A stretch of 64,000 nucleotides of DNA from Oligoflexia bacterium (GTDB taxonomy: Bacteria > Bdellovibrionota_G > JALEGL01), in the NCBI GenBank assembly GCA_035326705.1, contig DAOLES010000003.1, positions 129,921 through 193,920 on the forward strand, read 5' to 3'. A program made the translations under genes and the position numbers. Position 1 is the stretch's first letter. Each line of letters starts with the position of its first letter. The notes below the pieces were generated by a model, which saw only the letters and a program-made list of their open reading frames with translations, ran no database searches and was not told where the DNA came from. Of the stretch, positions 40,989 to 50,256 are shown one piece after another.

Positions 40989-41699
40989 TTAATTTTCTAA
41001 TTTATCCGTAAAAAAACGCTGTGCGCCCAAAGCTTTGCATTGTTCAAGTAGCGCACTATCGTTTACGGTATAAATACGAATTTCAGGAAAATCTTTTGCT
41101 TGCTTGTCTTGTGAAAAAATATCTAAAAAATACTCATGCGACATATGCAAGGCTTCCACGGTAAAATTTGCATTTTGATAAAAAGATAAAACAAAATTGT
41201 TATCCACCAGACCTGCATAACGAAAGTCTGGATACTGATCATAAAACAAAGCAATCAACTCATGATCAAAAGAAGAAAAAACCAAACGTTTTTGCAATTG
41301 ATGCCGCGAAACCATTTCGGCAATAGCCTTTAAATAATCATTGGAAAAGTACCGTTGATCTTTTTTAAATTCCCAATTCATTTGGCAGTGAGGATGACTT
41401 TTAAGAAAACGGGCAACACTCTCTAAATCAGGCACTTTCTCATTTTTATACTGATTGCTTTTCCAACTGCCAGCATCAAGTTTTTCAATATCCGCAGCCA
41501 AGTGATCTTTAAACAAACCATCGCCATTGCTTGTCCTATTTAATCGATCATCATGAAACAGATACGGTTGATGATCTTTGCTAAACTGAATATCACACTC
41601 GATAAAATCAAAACCTTTATCAATCGCCAATTTGAATGCCGCCAAAGTATTTTCTGGCGCTTGATAAGAAGCTCCTCTATGGGCAATTAAATGGTTCAT
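40989..41699 (-). CDS. glpQ: Glycerophosphodiester phosphodiesterase
   Basis: 236 aa with GDPD motifs (IAHRGAS, E.D, HD). Confidence 0.8.
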   Translation of the reverse strand: MNHLIAHRGASYQAPENTLAAFKLAIDKGFDFIECDIQFSKDHQPYLFHDDRLNRTSNGDGLFKDHLAADIEKLDAGSWKSNQYKNEKVPDLESVARFLKSHPHCQMNWEFKKDQRYFSNDYLKAIAEMVSRHQLQKRLVFSSFDHELIALFYDQYPDFRYAGLVDNNFVLSFYQNANFTVEALHMSHEYFLDIFSQDKQAKDFPEIRIYTVNDSALLEQCKALGAQRFFTDKLEN

Positions 41700-41711
41700 A
41701 ATCCCAACACA

Positions 41712-41742
41712 ATCTCAAAAGGAAGGCCGTACCTTTTGAGAT
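41712..41742. terminator. 31-bp palindromic hairpin (copy B, inverted relative to copy A) between glpQ start and trxB end
   Basis: The sequence is atctcaaaaggaaggccgtaccttttgagat. Its reverse complement matches copy A at 29 of 31 positions. Confidence 0.5.
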
Positions 41743-42704
41743 TACTCTTCCAAGGTTTCCAAGTAGCGCTCGCAGTCAATAGCAGCCATACAGCCAGAGG
41801 CCGCGGCAGTGATGGCTTGTCTGTAAACCTCATCTTGAACATCTCCACAAGCAAACACCCCTTCTTTGCTGGTTTTACTGCCTTCTTGCGTAAGAATGTA
41901 ACCATTTTTACTAAGTTCTAATTGCCCCTCAAATAATTTAGTCATGGGTTTATGGCCAATAGCAATAAAAACACCCTGTACATTAAGCTCTGTTTTTTCA
42001 TCCGCATTATTAATATTGGATAACTTTAAACCTGTTACTCCAGAGTTATCTCCAACAATATCATCCACCACGGTATTCCATAACCATTCAATTTTTTTAT
42101 TGGCTTTGGCTCTTTCCTGCATGATTTGTGATGCTCTAAGCTCTTCTCTTCTATGAATCACGGTTACTTTATTGGCAAAACGGGTTAAAAACATGGCTTC
42201 TTCCAAAGCTGAGTCACCCCCACCAACGACAGCCACTTCTTTGTCTTTATAAAACGCACCATCACAAGTTGCACAAGTAGAAACACCTCTGCCCATCATG
42301 GTTTTTTCAGCCTCTAAACCTAAGAGTTTTGCAGTTGCACCGGTAGCAATAATAACGCTATCGGTTTCATATTCATTTTGTCCTACCCAAATTTTATAGG
42401 GTTTGCTTGAAAGATCGACTTTGGTTACATCCTTAGTCTCAAGACGTGTCCCAAAACGCTCAGCTTGTTTACGAAACATCTGCATCATCTCTGGTCCCAT
42501 GACCCCTTCAGGAAAGCCTGGAAAATTTTCTACATCTGTGGTGGTCATCAACTGACCGCCTGCTTGATAACCTTCAAACATCAATGGTTTTAGCAATGCT
42601 CTTGATGTATAAATGGCCGCCGTTAAACCCGCCGGTCCAGACCCAATGATAATAACTTTTTCTTTTGCGTTGGCTGTTTCTTGCATGGTATTTCTAGTAC
42701 ACAT
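41742..42704 (-). CDS. trxB: Thioredoxin reductase
   Basis: 320 aa with a GSGPAG FAD motif, a CATC redox centre and a GGGDSA NADPH motif. Confidence 0.9.
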   Translation of the reverse strand: MCTRNTMQETANAKEKVIIIGSGPAGLTAAIYTSRALLKPLMFEGYQAGGQLMTTTDVENFPGFPEGVMGPEMMQMFRKQAERFGTRLETKDVTKVDLSSKPYKIWVGQNEYETDSVIIATGATAKLLGLEAEKTMMGRGVSTCATCDGAFYKDKEVAVVGGGDSALEEAMFLTRFANKVTVIHRREELRASQIMQERAKANKKIEWLWNTVVDDIVGDNSGVTGLKLSNINNADEKTELNVQGVFIAIGHKPMTKLFEGQLELSKNGYILTQEGSKTSKEGVFACGDVQDEVYRQAITAAASGCMAAIDCERYLETLEE

Positions 42705-42758
42705 AACTTAACATCTAATCAAGGTTATGTTACGCTAATATTCATTTTAGAATAAGAC

Positions 42759-43172
42759 ATGAAAAACAGTATTAAAAAATTTCCACTGCATTTAGGCTTA
42801 GACGCAAAAATCTTCTCTGAACCAATGTTTACCGGGTTTGATTGGTATGAAAGCTATGGTAAACGACATGCCAATGATGGTAAAGAAGGTCGTTTGGTAT
42901 CCCTACATACTTTTGAAGAGTCTTGGGATGCCTGGGAGCAACATCCTGAAGGAGATGAAGTGGTTTTATGTCTTGAAGGTCGTTTAACCCTTATTCAAGA
43001 GATAAGTCCAGAAACCTACAAAGAAATTACTTTAGAACCTTATGAGTATGTCATTAATCCCAAGGGAGTTTGGCATACTGCCGATACTCAAAGCAAGACT
43101 ACAGCTTTGTTTATAACTGCAGGCTTAGGTACTCAGCATAAACCCAGAACAAAAAATTCATCCACACTTTAG
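42759..43172 (+). CDS. Cupin-fold small protein
   Basis: 137 aa. The beta-rich pattern with H/E residues resembles cupin_2 or DUF861. The call is weak. Confidence 0.35.
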   Translation: MKNSIKKFPLHLGLDAKIFSEPMFTGFDWYESYGKRHANDGKEGRLVSLHTFEESWDAWEQHPEGDEVVLCLEGRLTLIQEISPETYKEITLEPYEYVINPKGVWHTADTQSKTTALFITAGLGTQHKPRTKNSSTL

Positions 43173-43223
43173 AAATTACTCTACACCTGTATTTTTTCGA
43201 CGACTTTAAAAAATAATGCTAGG

Positions 43224-43586
43224 TTGTTAATCATGTCAGAAGATTCTTTTGCAAGTCGTCGCCAGAGTCAACGGGTTAAAGTTGAAATTGATGTTGATTT
43301 GGGTGCCTATGGAGAATATTTTTTAAGTAAGCTGGATAACGTCTCTACCGGTGGTGCTTTTGTTAAAACGCGCAAACTACAAGATGTGGGTTCAGAAGTT
43401 AAACTTAGATTCAAGCTTCCCGGTGATGATCAATTGATTGAAGCTGAAGGTATTGTTATCTGGACTTACAATCAAGCTGGCCCTATTGATGGCAACTCCT
43501 CGGGCATGGGCATTCAATTTACTGAAATTCTACAATCTGACCGTGACCGTATTAAGACTTTTGTGGCTCAACACACAAACCCGTAA
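43224..43586 (+). CDS. PilZ domain c-di-GMP receptor
   Basis: 120 aa with the canonical RxxxR (RRQSQR) and D/NxSxGG (DNVSTGGAF) c-di-GMP binding motifs. Confidence 0.75.
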   Translation: MLIMSEDSFASRRQSQRVKVEIDVDLGAYGEYFLSKLDNVSTGGAFVKTRKLQDVGSEVKLRFKLPGDDQLIEAEGIVIWTYNQAGPIDGNSSGMGIQFTEILQSDRDRIKTFVAQHTNP

Positions 43587-43980
43587 CAAGTCTTTTATTA
43601 CCTGATAAAAAATTAAATGTTTTTATATCATTCATTGAAATCCACTTGAGCTCAGCATGTACATTTTTTTGTAAGGCATACGGTGAGTTTAAATAACATT
43701 GATAGAAAAATAATTGTACGCTCTTATTTGGGTAGGTGTATGTGTATGTATCAAGTAGCCTATTGATTTCAATAATCTCAATCCCCAACTCTTCCTTTAA
43801 TTCTCTCATCAAGGCTTGCTGATGATTTTCCTCTAACTCTATTTTTCCCCCAGGAAATTCCCAATTCTGCTGACCATCTTTTCTTTTTGCAATCAGGATT
43901 TGATTATCCTGATTGTAAATCACAGCTGCCACGACTTGCACAGGCTTTAAACCTTTACTTTGATTGACTTTAACACCCAT
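43552..43980 (-). CDS. NUDIX hydrolase (MutT-like)
   Basis: 142 aa with a Nudix box (GGKIELEENHQQALMRELKEELGIE). Confidence 0.8.
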   Translation of the reverse strand: MGVKVNQSKGLKPVQVVAAVIYNQDNQILIAKRKDGQQNWEFPGGKIELEENHQQALMRELKEELGIEIIEINRLLDTYTYTYPNKSVQLFFYQCYLNSPYALQKNVHAELKWISMNDIKTFNFLSGNKRLVTGLCVEPQKS

Positions 43981-44039
43981 AAAAATTAATTTTTTACCTT
44001 AAAACTTAAACTTCTCATTAAAAATATGTTTATACTAGC

Positions 44040-44741
44040 TTGGAAATGAAAAAGAAACCCATTATTGGCATTGGCCCACATTACTTAACCAACCCAAAAA
44101 GAAAAAAAGTGATTGGTTGTTATGAAAATTATATTCGTTGCCTTGAGATGGCTGGTGCTAGTACACTGATCTTTACTGCAGACATGGATCATATTGATTA
44201 TCATTTAAGCTTGGTGGATGGCATCATGCTCACCGGCGGAGATGACATACATCCCAGCTATTACCATGAGAAAAAACTCCCAAAAATTAAATTTGAGCTC
44301 TCACCTAATGAACGCAGTGACTATGATATTGCTTTACTTAAAAAAGCTTTAAAACAAGATATACCTTTTTTAGGTATTTGCCTTGGTTGCCAAACGCTTA
44401 ATGTTGTTCAAGGAGGCAATTTATATCAAGACATGCCGTCACAACTGGAAAAAGTGAATGACCACAAAAAAGGTCAACATTGGATTGATTTAGAGAAAAA
44501 AACTTTACTTCATTCCATCTTAAAAAAAGATCGGGTCAAAGTAAACTCTAATCATCATCAAGCAGTAAAACAACCCGGTCAAGATCTTATTATCAGCGCT
44601 AGAGCTTTGGATGGAACAGTAGAAGCCATTGAATCCACCAAACATTCTTTTGCATTGGGCATTCAATGGCATCCAGAAGAGTTGTTAAAAACAGATGTAA
44701 GTAAAAGTATTTTTACTGCATTTGTGAAAGCTTGTAAATAA
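44040..44741 (+). CDS. Class I glutamine amidotransferase / peptidase C26 (gamma-glutamyl hydrolase PuuD-like)
   Basis: 233 aa with a GICLGCQ catalytic Cys and a C-terminal HH/E pattern. Confidence 0.75.
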   Translation: MEMKKKPIIGIGPHYLTNPKRKKVIGCYENYIRCLEMAGASTLIFTADMDHIDYHLSLVDGIMLTGGDDIHPSYYHEKKLPKIKFELSPNERSDYDIALLKKALKQDIPFLGICLGCQTLNVVQGGNLYQDMPSQLEKVNDHKKGQHWIDLEKKTLLHSILKKDRVKVNSNHHQAVKQPGQDLIISARALDGTVEAIESTKHSFALGIQWHPEELLKTDVSKSIFTAFVKACK

Positions 44742-44756
44742 AGCCTCCACCTAAGA

Positions 44757-45323
44757 ATGTTCATTAAAATAAAATTTTTTAAACAGCTTTGGCCTACAAG
44801 CATACTTGTATTGTTTTTATTAGGGGCTTTACACTTTTTGGAAAGAAATTTTTTTTCAAAGACTGGGACAATAGCTTTTTGGATTGGCGACGCAATGAGC
44901 TCTGAAACTTCGCAACAGTTTGTCGATCCATACAGCTTCAGTCATATACAACACGGTTTATTGTTCTTTGGATTGTTTTGGTTATTTAGAAATCGACTAT
45001 CCCTTCACATAAGATTTTTGTTTGCAAGTGCTATTGAAGTTTTTTGGGAAATTTTAGAGAATACGCAATTTATCATTGATCGTTACCGAGAATCTACTGC
45101 CGCTTTGGGTTATTATGGAGACTCTATTTTTAATAGCTTGGGTGACCTCGCTTCTTGCTGGATTGGATTTTATCTTGCATATAAATTTGGATTAAGATTA
45201 TCGGTTCTTTTATTCCTCATCATTGAAATTATTATGATAATCATGATTAAGGATAGCTTATTACTGAACATTATTATGTTGCTCTACCCAATAGATTTTA
45301 TTCGAGAATGGCAATTGACGTAA
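44757..45323 (+). CDS. Hypothetical integral membrane protein
   Basis: 188-aa ORF with multiple hydrophobic segments. Confidence 0.45.
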   Translation: MFIKIKFFKQLWPTSILVLFLLGALHFLERNFFSKTGTIAFWIGDAMSSETSQQFVDPYSFSHIQHGLLFFGLFWLFRNRLSLHIRFLFASAIEVFWEILENTQFIIDRYRESTAALGYYGDSIFNSLGDLASCWIGFYLAYKFGLRLSVLLFLIIEIIMIIMIKDSLLLNIIMLLYPIDFIREWQLT

Positions 45324-45396
45324 AATACACTCTAGCCTTATAAAAAAACTAAAATCATCTGTTTTTAATTTTCCACTCAAAGTAATAAAACAAACT

Positions 45397-46551
45397 CTAC
45401 AACGTTTGCAAAGTAATTGTATCCCCACGCCTATATGTATTTTTCTTCAAACTTTTATCTAGTTCAATCAGTTGTTTCCCATTTGAAGTACAAACCAATA
45501 CGCAACGCTTGGGTTTTAGTTTGAGTTCGTTGGATATGACTCTTACTTTATTATTTGTTTCTTGCTTTTGGAGATCTATTTTACTCAACACAATATAACT
45601 GGCTTTCAAGGCTTTATCTTTATGCTCTAAAAAGCGTTCAATTGTTTTTCTCAAGCGGGGTGCATGCCATAGAGTTTCAAAATGACACCAATCTTTTTTG
45701 TCCTTGTTCATTGGACACTGGGCCTGATGTAAACATGGAAACGGAGAATACGCTTGCCAAGCTTGTAACCATTGATCTCTTAAATGTGTTAACTGTTTAG
45801 ACGTACTCATCAAGGCCGGCTCCACAATAACAATGGCCCCATTTGTACTGAGATGATATTTCCATAATATTGTAAACACTCGATCAACTTGCTCTTGTGT
45901 ATTTTTACTCACTTCATTGATAGCATTGGCGGCTACAATCAAATCATAAGGTTGTTTTTGATGCAGTATTTTTAATGTCTTTTTTGTGTTTAAATCAAAA
46001 ACCTTACTGCTCACTTTGACTTGAGTAAAAGGCATAAAACTAAATAAATTTTTTGCCTGCTCTAAAATTGATTTATTTTGATCTGTTAGCACAACTTCAG
46101 CGCGAATATGTGGCCAGTGGTTTTTCAATAAAAACTCTATAGCCCAAGCGGTTGCTCCCCAGCCTGATCCAAGATCTAAAATATGTATTTTAGTTTTTTT
46201 AGTATTGTGTTGAATATATTTATCTAAATATGATTTTAAGCAGGCTGCCACCCGGACAACATTGGCCAAGTGAAAATACATTAAGTAAGCCACCTGAACA
46301 TCTTTTTTATTAAAGTAGTGTTGATCTAACTTTGTCCGATCCAAAGTAAATGCATCTGATAACCTTAATGCATGTGCGCAAATAGACTTTACAATATCCT
46401 TAGGAATAGCTTGCCCATCCCAAGTTTGCTGCCATTTCATCTGATACATATAGGCTATCAAAGCATCTTCCCATGCTTGCAGCTGCTCATTATCCAAGTT
46501 TTCTAAAGCTCTGATCATAGTTTCATTATTATTAAGAATAAGGTATGCCAT
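45397..46551 (-). CDS. Rsm22-like SAM-dependent methyltransferase with C-terminal Cys cluster
   Basis: It has a GSGWG SAM-binding motif (ILDLGSGWGAT) and a C-terminal C..C..C cluster. The longest ORF (to 46581) would overlap polA, so the start is placed at Met-11, which directly abuts the polA ATG. A later start at 46515 is also possible. Confidence 0.5.
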   Translation of the reverse strand: MAYLILNNNETMIRALENLDNEQLQAWEDALIAYMYQMKWQQTWDGQAIPKDIVKSICAHALRLSDAFTLDRTKLDQHYFNKKDVQVAYLMYFHLANVVRVAACLKSYLDKYIQHNTKKTKIHILDLGSGWGATAWAIEFLLKNHWPHIRAEVVLTDQNKSILEQAKNLFSFMPFTQVKVSSKVFDLNTKKTLKILHQKQPYDLIVAANAINEVSKNTQEQVDRVFTILWKYHLSTNGAIVIVEPALMSTSKQLTHLRDQWLQAWQAYSPFPCLHQAQCPMNKDKKDWCHFETLWHAPRLRKTIERFLEHKDKALKASYIVLSKIDLQKQETNNKVRVISNELKLKPKRCVLVCTSNGKQLIELDKSLKKNTYRRGDTITLQTL

Positions 46552-49332
46552 ATGGATATGAAAAAAACCAACAATGACCAAAAACTATTTTTAATTGACG
46601 GCTCAGCCCTGGCTTACCGAAGCCATTTTTCATTTATCAGTAATCCCTTAAAAAATTCTGAAGGCATGGAAACCAGTGCCGTTTTTGGTTTTACCAATAC
46701 ACTTTTAAATCTTATCAAAAAAGAAAACCCCTCTCATATTGCTGTTGTTTTCGATGGTCCTAAAAAAACTTTTAGGCATGAGATGTACAAAGAATACAAA
46801 GCTACCCGTGAAAAAATGCCGGATGAGCTCAAAATTCAACTACCGTATATACGTAAAATTGTTGAAGAAATGAATATTCCTTACTTGGTTATGGATGGTT
46901 ATGAAGCCGATGATATCATTGGAACTTTAGCCAAACAATCCGCCAAAGAAGGAATTCATGCGTATATGGTCAGTGGTGATAAAGACTTTATGCAGCTCTT
47001 AGAAGACAATATTTCTATGTATACCATGAAAAAAGGCACAGTAGATATTGTAGGCGTTGAAGGGCCTGTTAAAAAATGGGGTATCACGCCAGAACAAGTT
47101 ATTGACTTTATGGCTTTGATGGGTGACAGCTCAGATAATATACCCGGCGTTCCAGGAATTGGTCCTAAAACAGCTTTAAAGCTTATTGAGCAATTTAAAC
47201 ATTTAAACGGCATTTATAAAAACCTGAACCAAGTTAAACCTGAAAAACTTCAAATAAAACTTGCAGAAAATAAAGAACATGCTTTTTTAAGCCAAGATCT
47301 TGTCACTATAAAAACAGATGTTCCCGTTAATACCAGTTTTGAAGAACTCAGCATCAGTCCTTTTAATAAACCTGAATTAGAAACTATTTTTGATGAATTA
47401 GATTTTCATTCTTTAAAACGTTTTTTAAACCCTAAATCAACACGTGACACTGAGTCAAAAAGTAAAGATGTGGTTGTTTCTAAACCAGCACCCAAAACAA
47501 CTCAAAAACAAAAATCTACTGGAAAAGTAACCGGTACTTACACCTGCATTGAATCTCAACAACAATTAGATGAATTAATTAAGACCTTAAACAAACAAAG
47601 TCTTTTTGCATTGGACACAGAAACCACCGGTCTCAACCCTATAGAGGCAGAGCTTGTAGGTATTTCCGTTGCTTTTAAAGAACAAGAGGCTTTTTTTATT
47701 CCAGTGCATCCGGGCCACCTTGACTTTGAGACCACATTAAAAAAGCTAAAACCCATTTTAGAAAATCCAAGAATTAAAAAAGGCGGTCAAAACATAAAGT
47801 ATGATATGCATATTTTATCAAAATATGACATTCAAGTTGCTGGCATCAGTTTTGACACCATGCTAAGTTCTTATGTTTTAGCATCCGATCAACGCCAACA
47901 TGGTATGGATCATATTGCAGAAAAATACCTAGGATTGAAAAAAATTCCAACGGAAGCTCTAATTGGCAAAGGGCAGAAACAAATTTCTATGGATCAGGTT
48001 GAACTTGATAAACTATCGCACTATGCTTGCGAAGATGCTGATGTTACACTGCGACTTTACAACTACTTTGATCGTCAATTCAAAAGCAATAAAAACTTAA
48101 GCAAACTTTATGAAGATTTAGAAATTCCCCTATTGTGTGTTCTCCAAAAAATGGAAGCGCACGGCATGCTTTTAGATATAAAAAAGCTTAAATCACTTTC
48201 CAATAAATTGAGTAAACGTTTAATTCAACTTACTGAAGATATTCATCAAAAAGCTGGAGAGAGCTTTAACATCAACTCTCCCAAACAAATGGGTCCTATT
48301 TTATTTGAAAAAATTAAAGTACATGAAGGCTCAGGTATTAAAAAACTTAAAAAAACCAAGACGGGTTACGCCACAGACCATGCAACCCTAGAAAAATTTT
48401 CTGATCATCCCTTGGTTGCCTCAATTTTAGAATATAGAAACTTATCCAAATTGATGTCCACTTACATTGAAACCTTACCCAAACTGATTACAAAACGAAC
48501 AGGTCGCATTCATACTTCATTCAATCAAACCATTGCTTCTACAGGTAGACTATCCAGTTCAGATCCTAACTTACAAAATATCCCTATTCGCTCTGAGTAT
48601 GGCAAAGAGATTCGTGAAGCTTTTATTGCCCCGGAAGGCTCATGCTTGATTTCAGCAGATTACTCTCAGGTTGAATTGCGTATGCTAGCCCACCTTGCAA
48701 ATGACGAAACCTTAATTAAAACCTTTGAACAAGACCTTGATGTCCACACCCAAACTGCGGCCACGATTTTTAATAAAGATCCAAAAGATGTTGATGCAAA
48801 TTTGAGAAGCCGCGCCAAAGCCATTAATTTTGGTGTTCTTTATGGAATGGGACCACAACGCTTATCCAAAGAAACGGGAGTTAGTTTAAACGAAGCCAAA
48901 GACTTTATTGCTTCATATTTTAATAGCTTTTCAAAAGTTAAAGACTACTTAAATGCGCAGATTGAATTTGCTAAACAACATGGTTACATTGAAACCATCC
49001 TAGGACGGCAAAGACCTTTGCCTGATATATACAGCAAAAACCCTATGATTAAAGCCAATGCTGAGCGTATTGCCACCAATACACCCATTCAAGGTAGCGC
49101 AGCAGATCTGATAAAAAAAGCCATGCTAGATATTGATGCAGAGCTAAGTAAACAAAAACTAAAAAGTAAATTGGTACTCCAGGTTCACGATGAGTTGGTA
49201 TTAGAAGTGCTTAATGAAGAAATTGAGTCGGTTAAAAAATTAACCCGACAATGCATGGAAAAAGCCTTAAATTTAAAAGTCCCTTTAAAAGTGGATTTAG
49301 GCTTGGGGCAAAACTGGTCACAAGCGCATTAG
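46552..49332 (+). CDS. polA: DNA polymerase I
   Basis: 926 aa with a 5'-3' exonuclease domain, a 3'-5' exonuclease domain and polymerase domain motifs (DYSQVELR, QVHDEL). Confidence 0.95.
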   Translation: MDMKKTNNDQKLFLIDGSALAYRSHFSFISNPLKNSEGMETSAVFGFTNTLLNLIKKENPSHIAVVFDGPKKTFRHEMYKEYKATREKMPDELKIQLPYIRKIVEEMNIPYLVMDGYEADDIIGTLAKQSAKEGIHAYMVSGDKDFMQLLEDNISMYTMKKGTVDIVGVEGPVKKWGITPEQVIDFMALMGDSSDNIPGVPGIGPKTALKLIEQFKHLNGIYKNLNQVKPEKLQIKLAENKEHAFLSQDLVTIKTDVPVNTSFEELSISPFNKPELETIFDELDFHSLKRFLNPKSTRDTESKSKDVVVSKPAPKTTQKQKSTGKVTGTYTCIESQQQLDELIKTLNKQSLFALDTETTGLNPIEAELVGISVAFKEQEAFFIPVHPGHLDFETTLKKLKPILENPRIKKGGQNIKYDMHILSKYDIQVAGISFDTMLSSYVLASDQRQHGMDHIAEKYLGLKKIPTEALIGKGQKQISMDQVELDKLSHYACEDADVTLRLYNYFDRQFKSNKNLSKLYEDLEIPLLCVLQKMEAHGMLLDIKKLKSLSNKLSKRLIQLTEDIHQKAGESFNINSPKQMGPILFEKIKVHEGSGIKKLKKTKTGYATDHATLEKFSDHPLVASILEYRNLSKLMSTYIETLPKLITKRTGRIHTSFNQTIASTGRLSSSDPNLQNIPIRSEYGKEIREAFIAPEGSCLISADYSQVELRMLAHLANDETLIKTFEQDLDVHTQTAATIFNKDPKDVDANLRSRAKAINFGVLYGMGPQRLSKETGVSLNEAKDFIASYFNSFSKVKDYLNAQIEFAKQHGYIETILGRQRPLPDIYSKNPMIKANAERIATNTPIQGSAADLIKKAMLDIDAELSKQKLKSKLVLQVHDELVLEVLNEEIESVKKLTRQCMEKALNLKVPLKVDLGLGQNWSQAH

Positions 49333-49395
49333 AGAGTTTTAATTTTTATTTATTGTTTTACTTTTTTAATTAGTTTTTATAAAAAATAAATTGCA

Positions 49396-49773
49396 ATGAA
49401 GTATTATTTTATCTTAATCCCTGCACTTGCGTTGTTAATTGTTTCTTGTTCAGTTTTTGCAAAAAAACCAAAACTTTATTCACATAAACATAGAATTATG
49501 ACTTTATGTTGTAAAAGTTCTAGCGCTAATTCTTGTTCCAGTGAACACTGGAAAGCAAGAGTAAAAAAACATTGTCCAGCTGGTGCAACGCAAATCAATC
49601 AAGACACCCGTGAACGCTTAAAATATACTGAACTTCCTCAGTCCGGTTTATATGAACAACATGCCCATAATTATGATTTTGAAAGTTCTAACAAAAAAAG
49701 CAGTGAGTTTATTTTAAAGAAACAAACATTAAATTGCATTAATTATCAATGCAATGGACCTGTGAAACCTTAA
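49396..49773 (+). CDS. Cys-rich small lipoprotein, paralog A
   Basis: 125 aa with a signal peptide plus lipobox (LIVSC). Conserved with paralog B: TLCC, HCP.GA, TRERL, YD, YQCNG.V.P. Confidence 0.55.
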   Translation: MKYYFILIPALALLIVSCSVFAKKPKLYSHKHRIMTLCCKSSSANSCSSEHWKARVKKHCPAGATQINQDTRERLKYTELPQSGLYEQHAHNYDFESSNKKSSEFILKKQTLNCINYQCNGPVKP

Positions 49774-49881
49774 GTTTAATGAATTATAAAACTGAACTGA
49801 AACTGAATTTTGATTTTCCTTTGCATAAAAAAATGAATTTTTATTTGATATTTTTTTTAAAATCCATGTAGACTCATTAAA

Positions 49882-50256
49882 ATGAAAAGTACAACTGCAT
49901 GCTTCTTACTTTTATTTTTAGGCTTATCATTAACTGCTTGCACTCTTTTTACCAACCGGCCTGAGCTAGTTTCATGGCAAGGTAACACTATTACTTTATG
50001 TTGTGAAGGTGCCACTTCATCTGCTTGCCCGCAAGAAGAATGGGCCATAAAAGTTCAGCAACATTGTCCACAAGGTGCTGTAGCAATAGGTGGTGAAACC
50101 CGAGAACGCTTGGGTGATCGCATCATAGAAGAATCCGTTAAGCAAGATCATAGTTATGATGCCTATGGTGATGCAAAAAAAGTAACTCAATTTAAACAAG
50201 AACGAGAATTTTTAAGTTGTGTGACTTACCAATGCAACGGCCAAGTTTATCCTTAG
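49882..50256 (+). CDS. Cys-rich small lipoprotein, paralog B
   Basis: 124 aa with a lipobox (LTAC). It shares Cys spacing and motifs with paralog A. Confidence 0.55.
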   Translation: MKSTTACFLLLFLGLSLTACTLFTNRPELVSWQGNTITLCCEGATSSACPQEEWAIKVQQHCPQGAVAIGGETRERLGDRIIEESVKQDHSYDAYGDAKKVTQFKQEREFLSCVTYQCNGQVYP

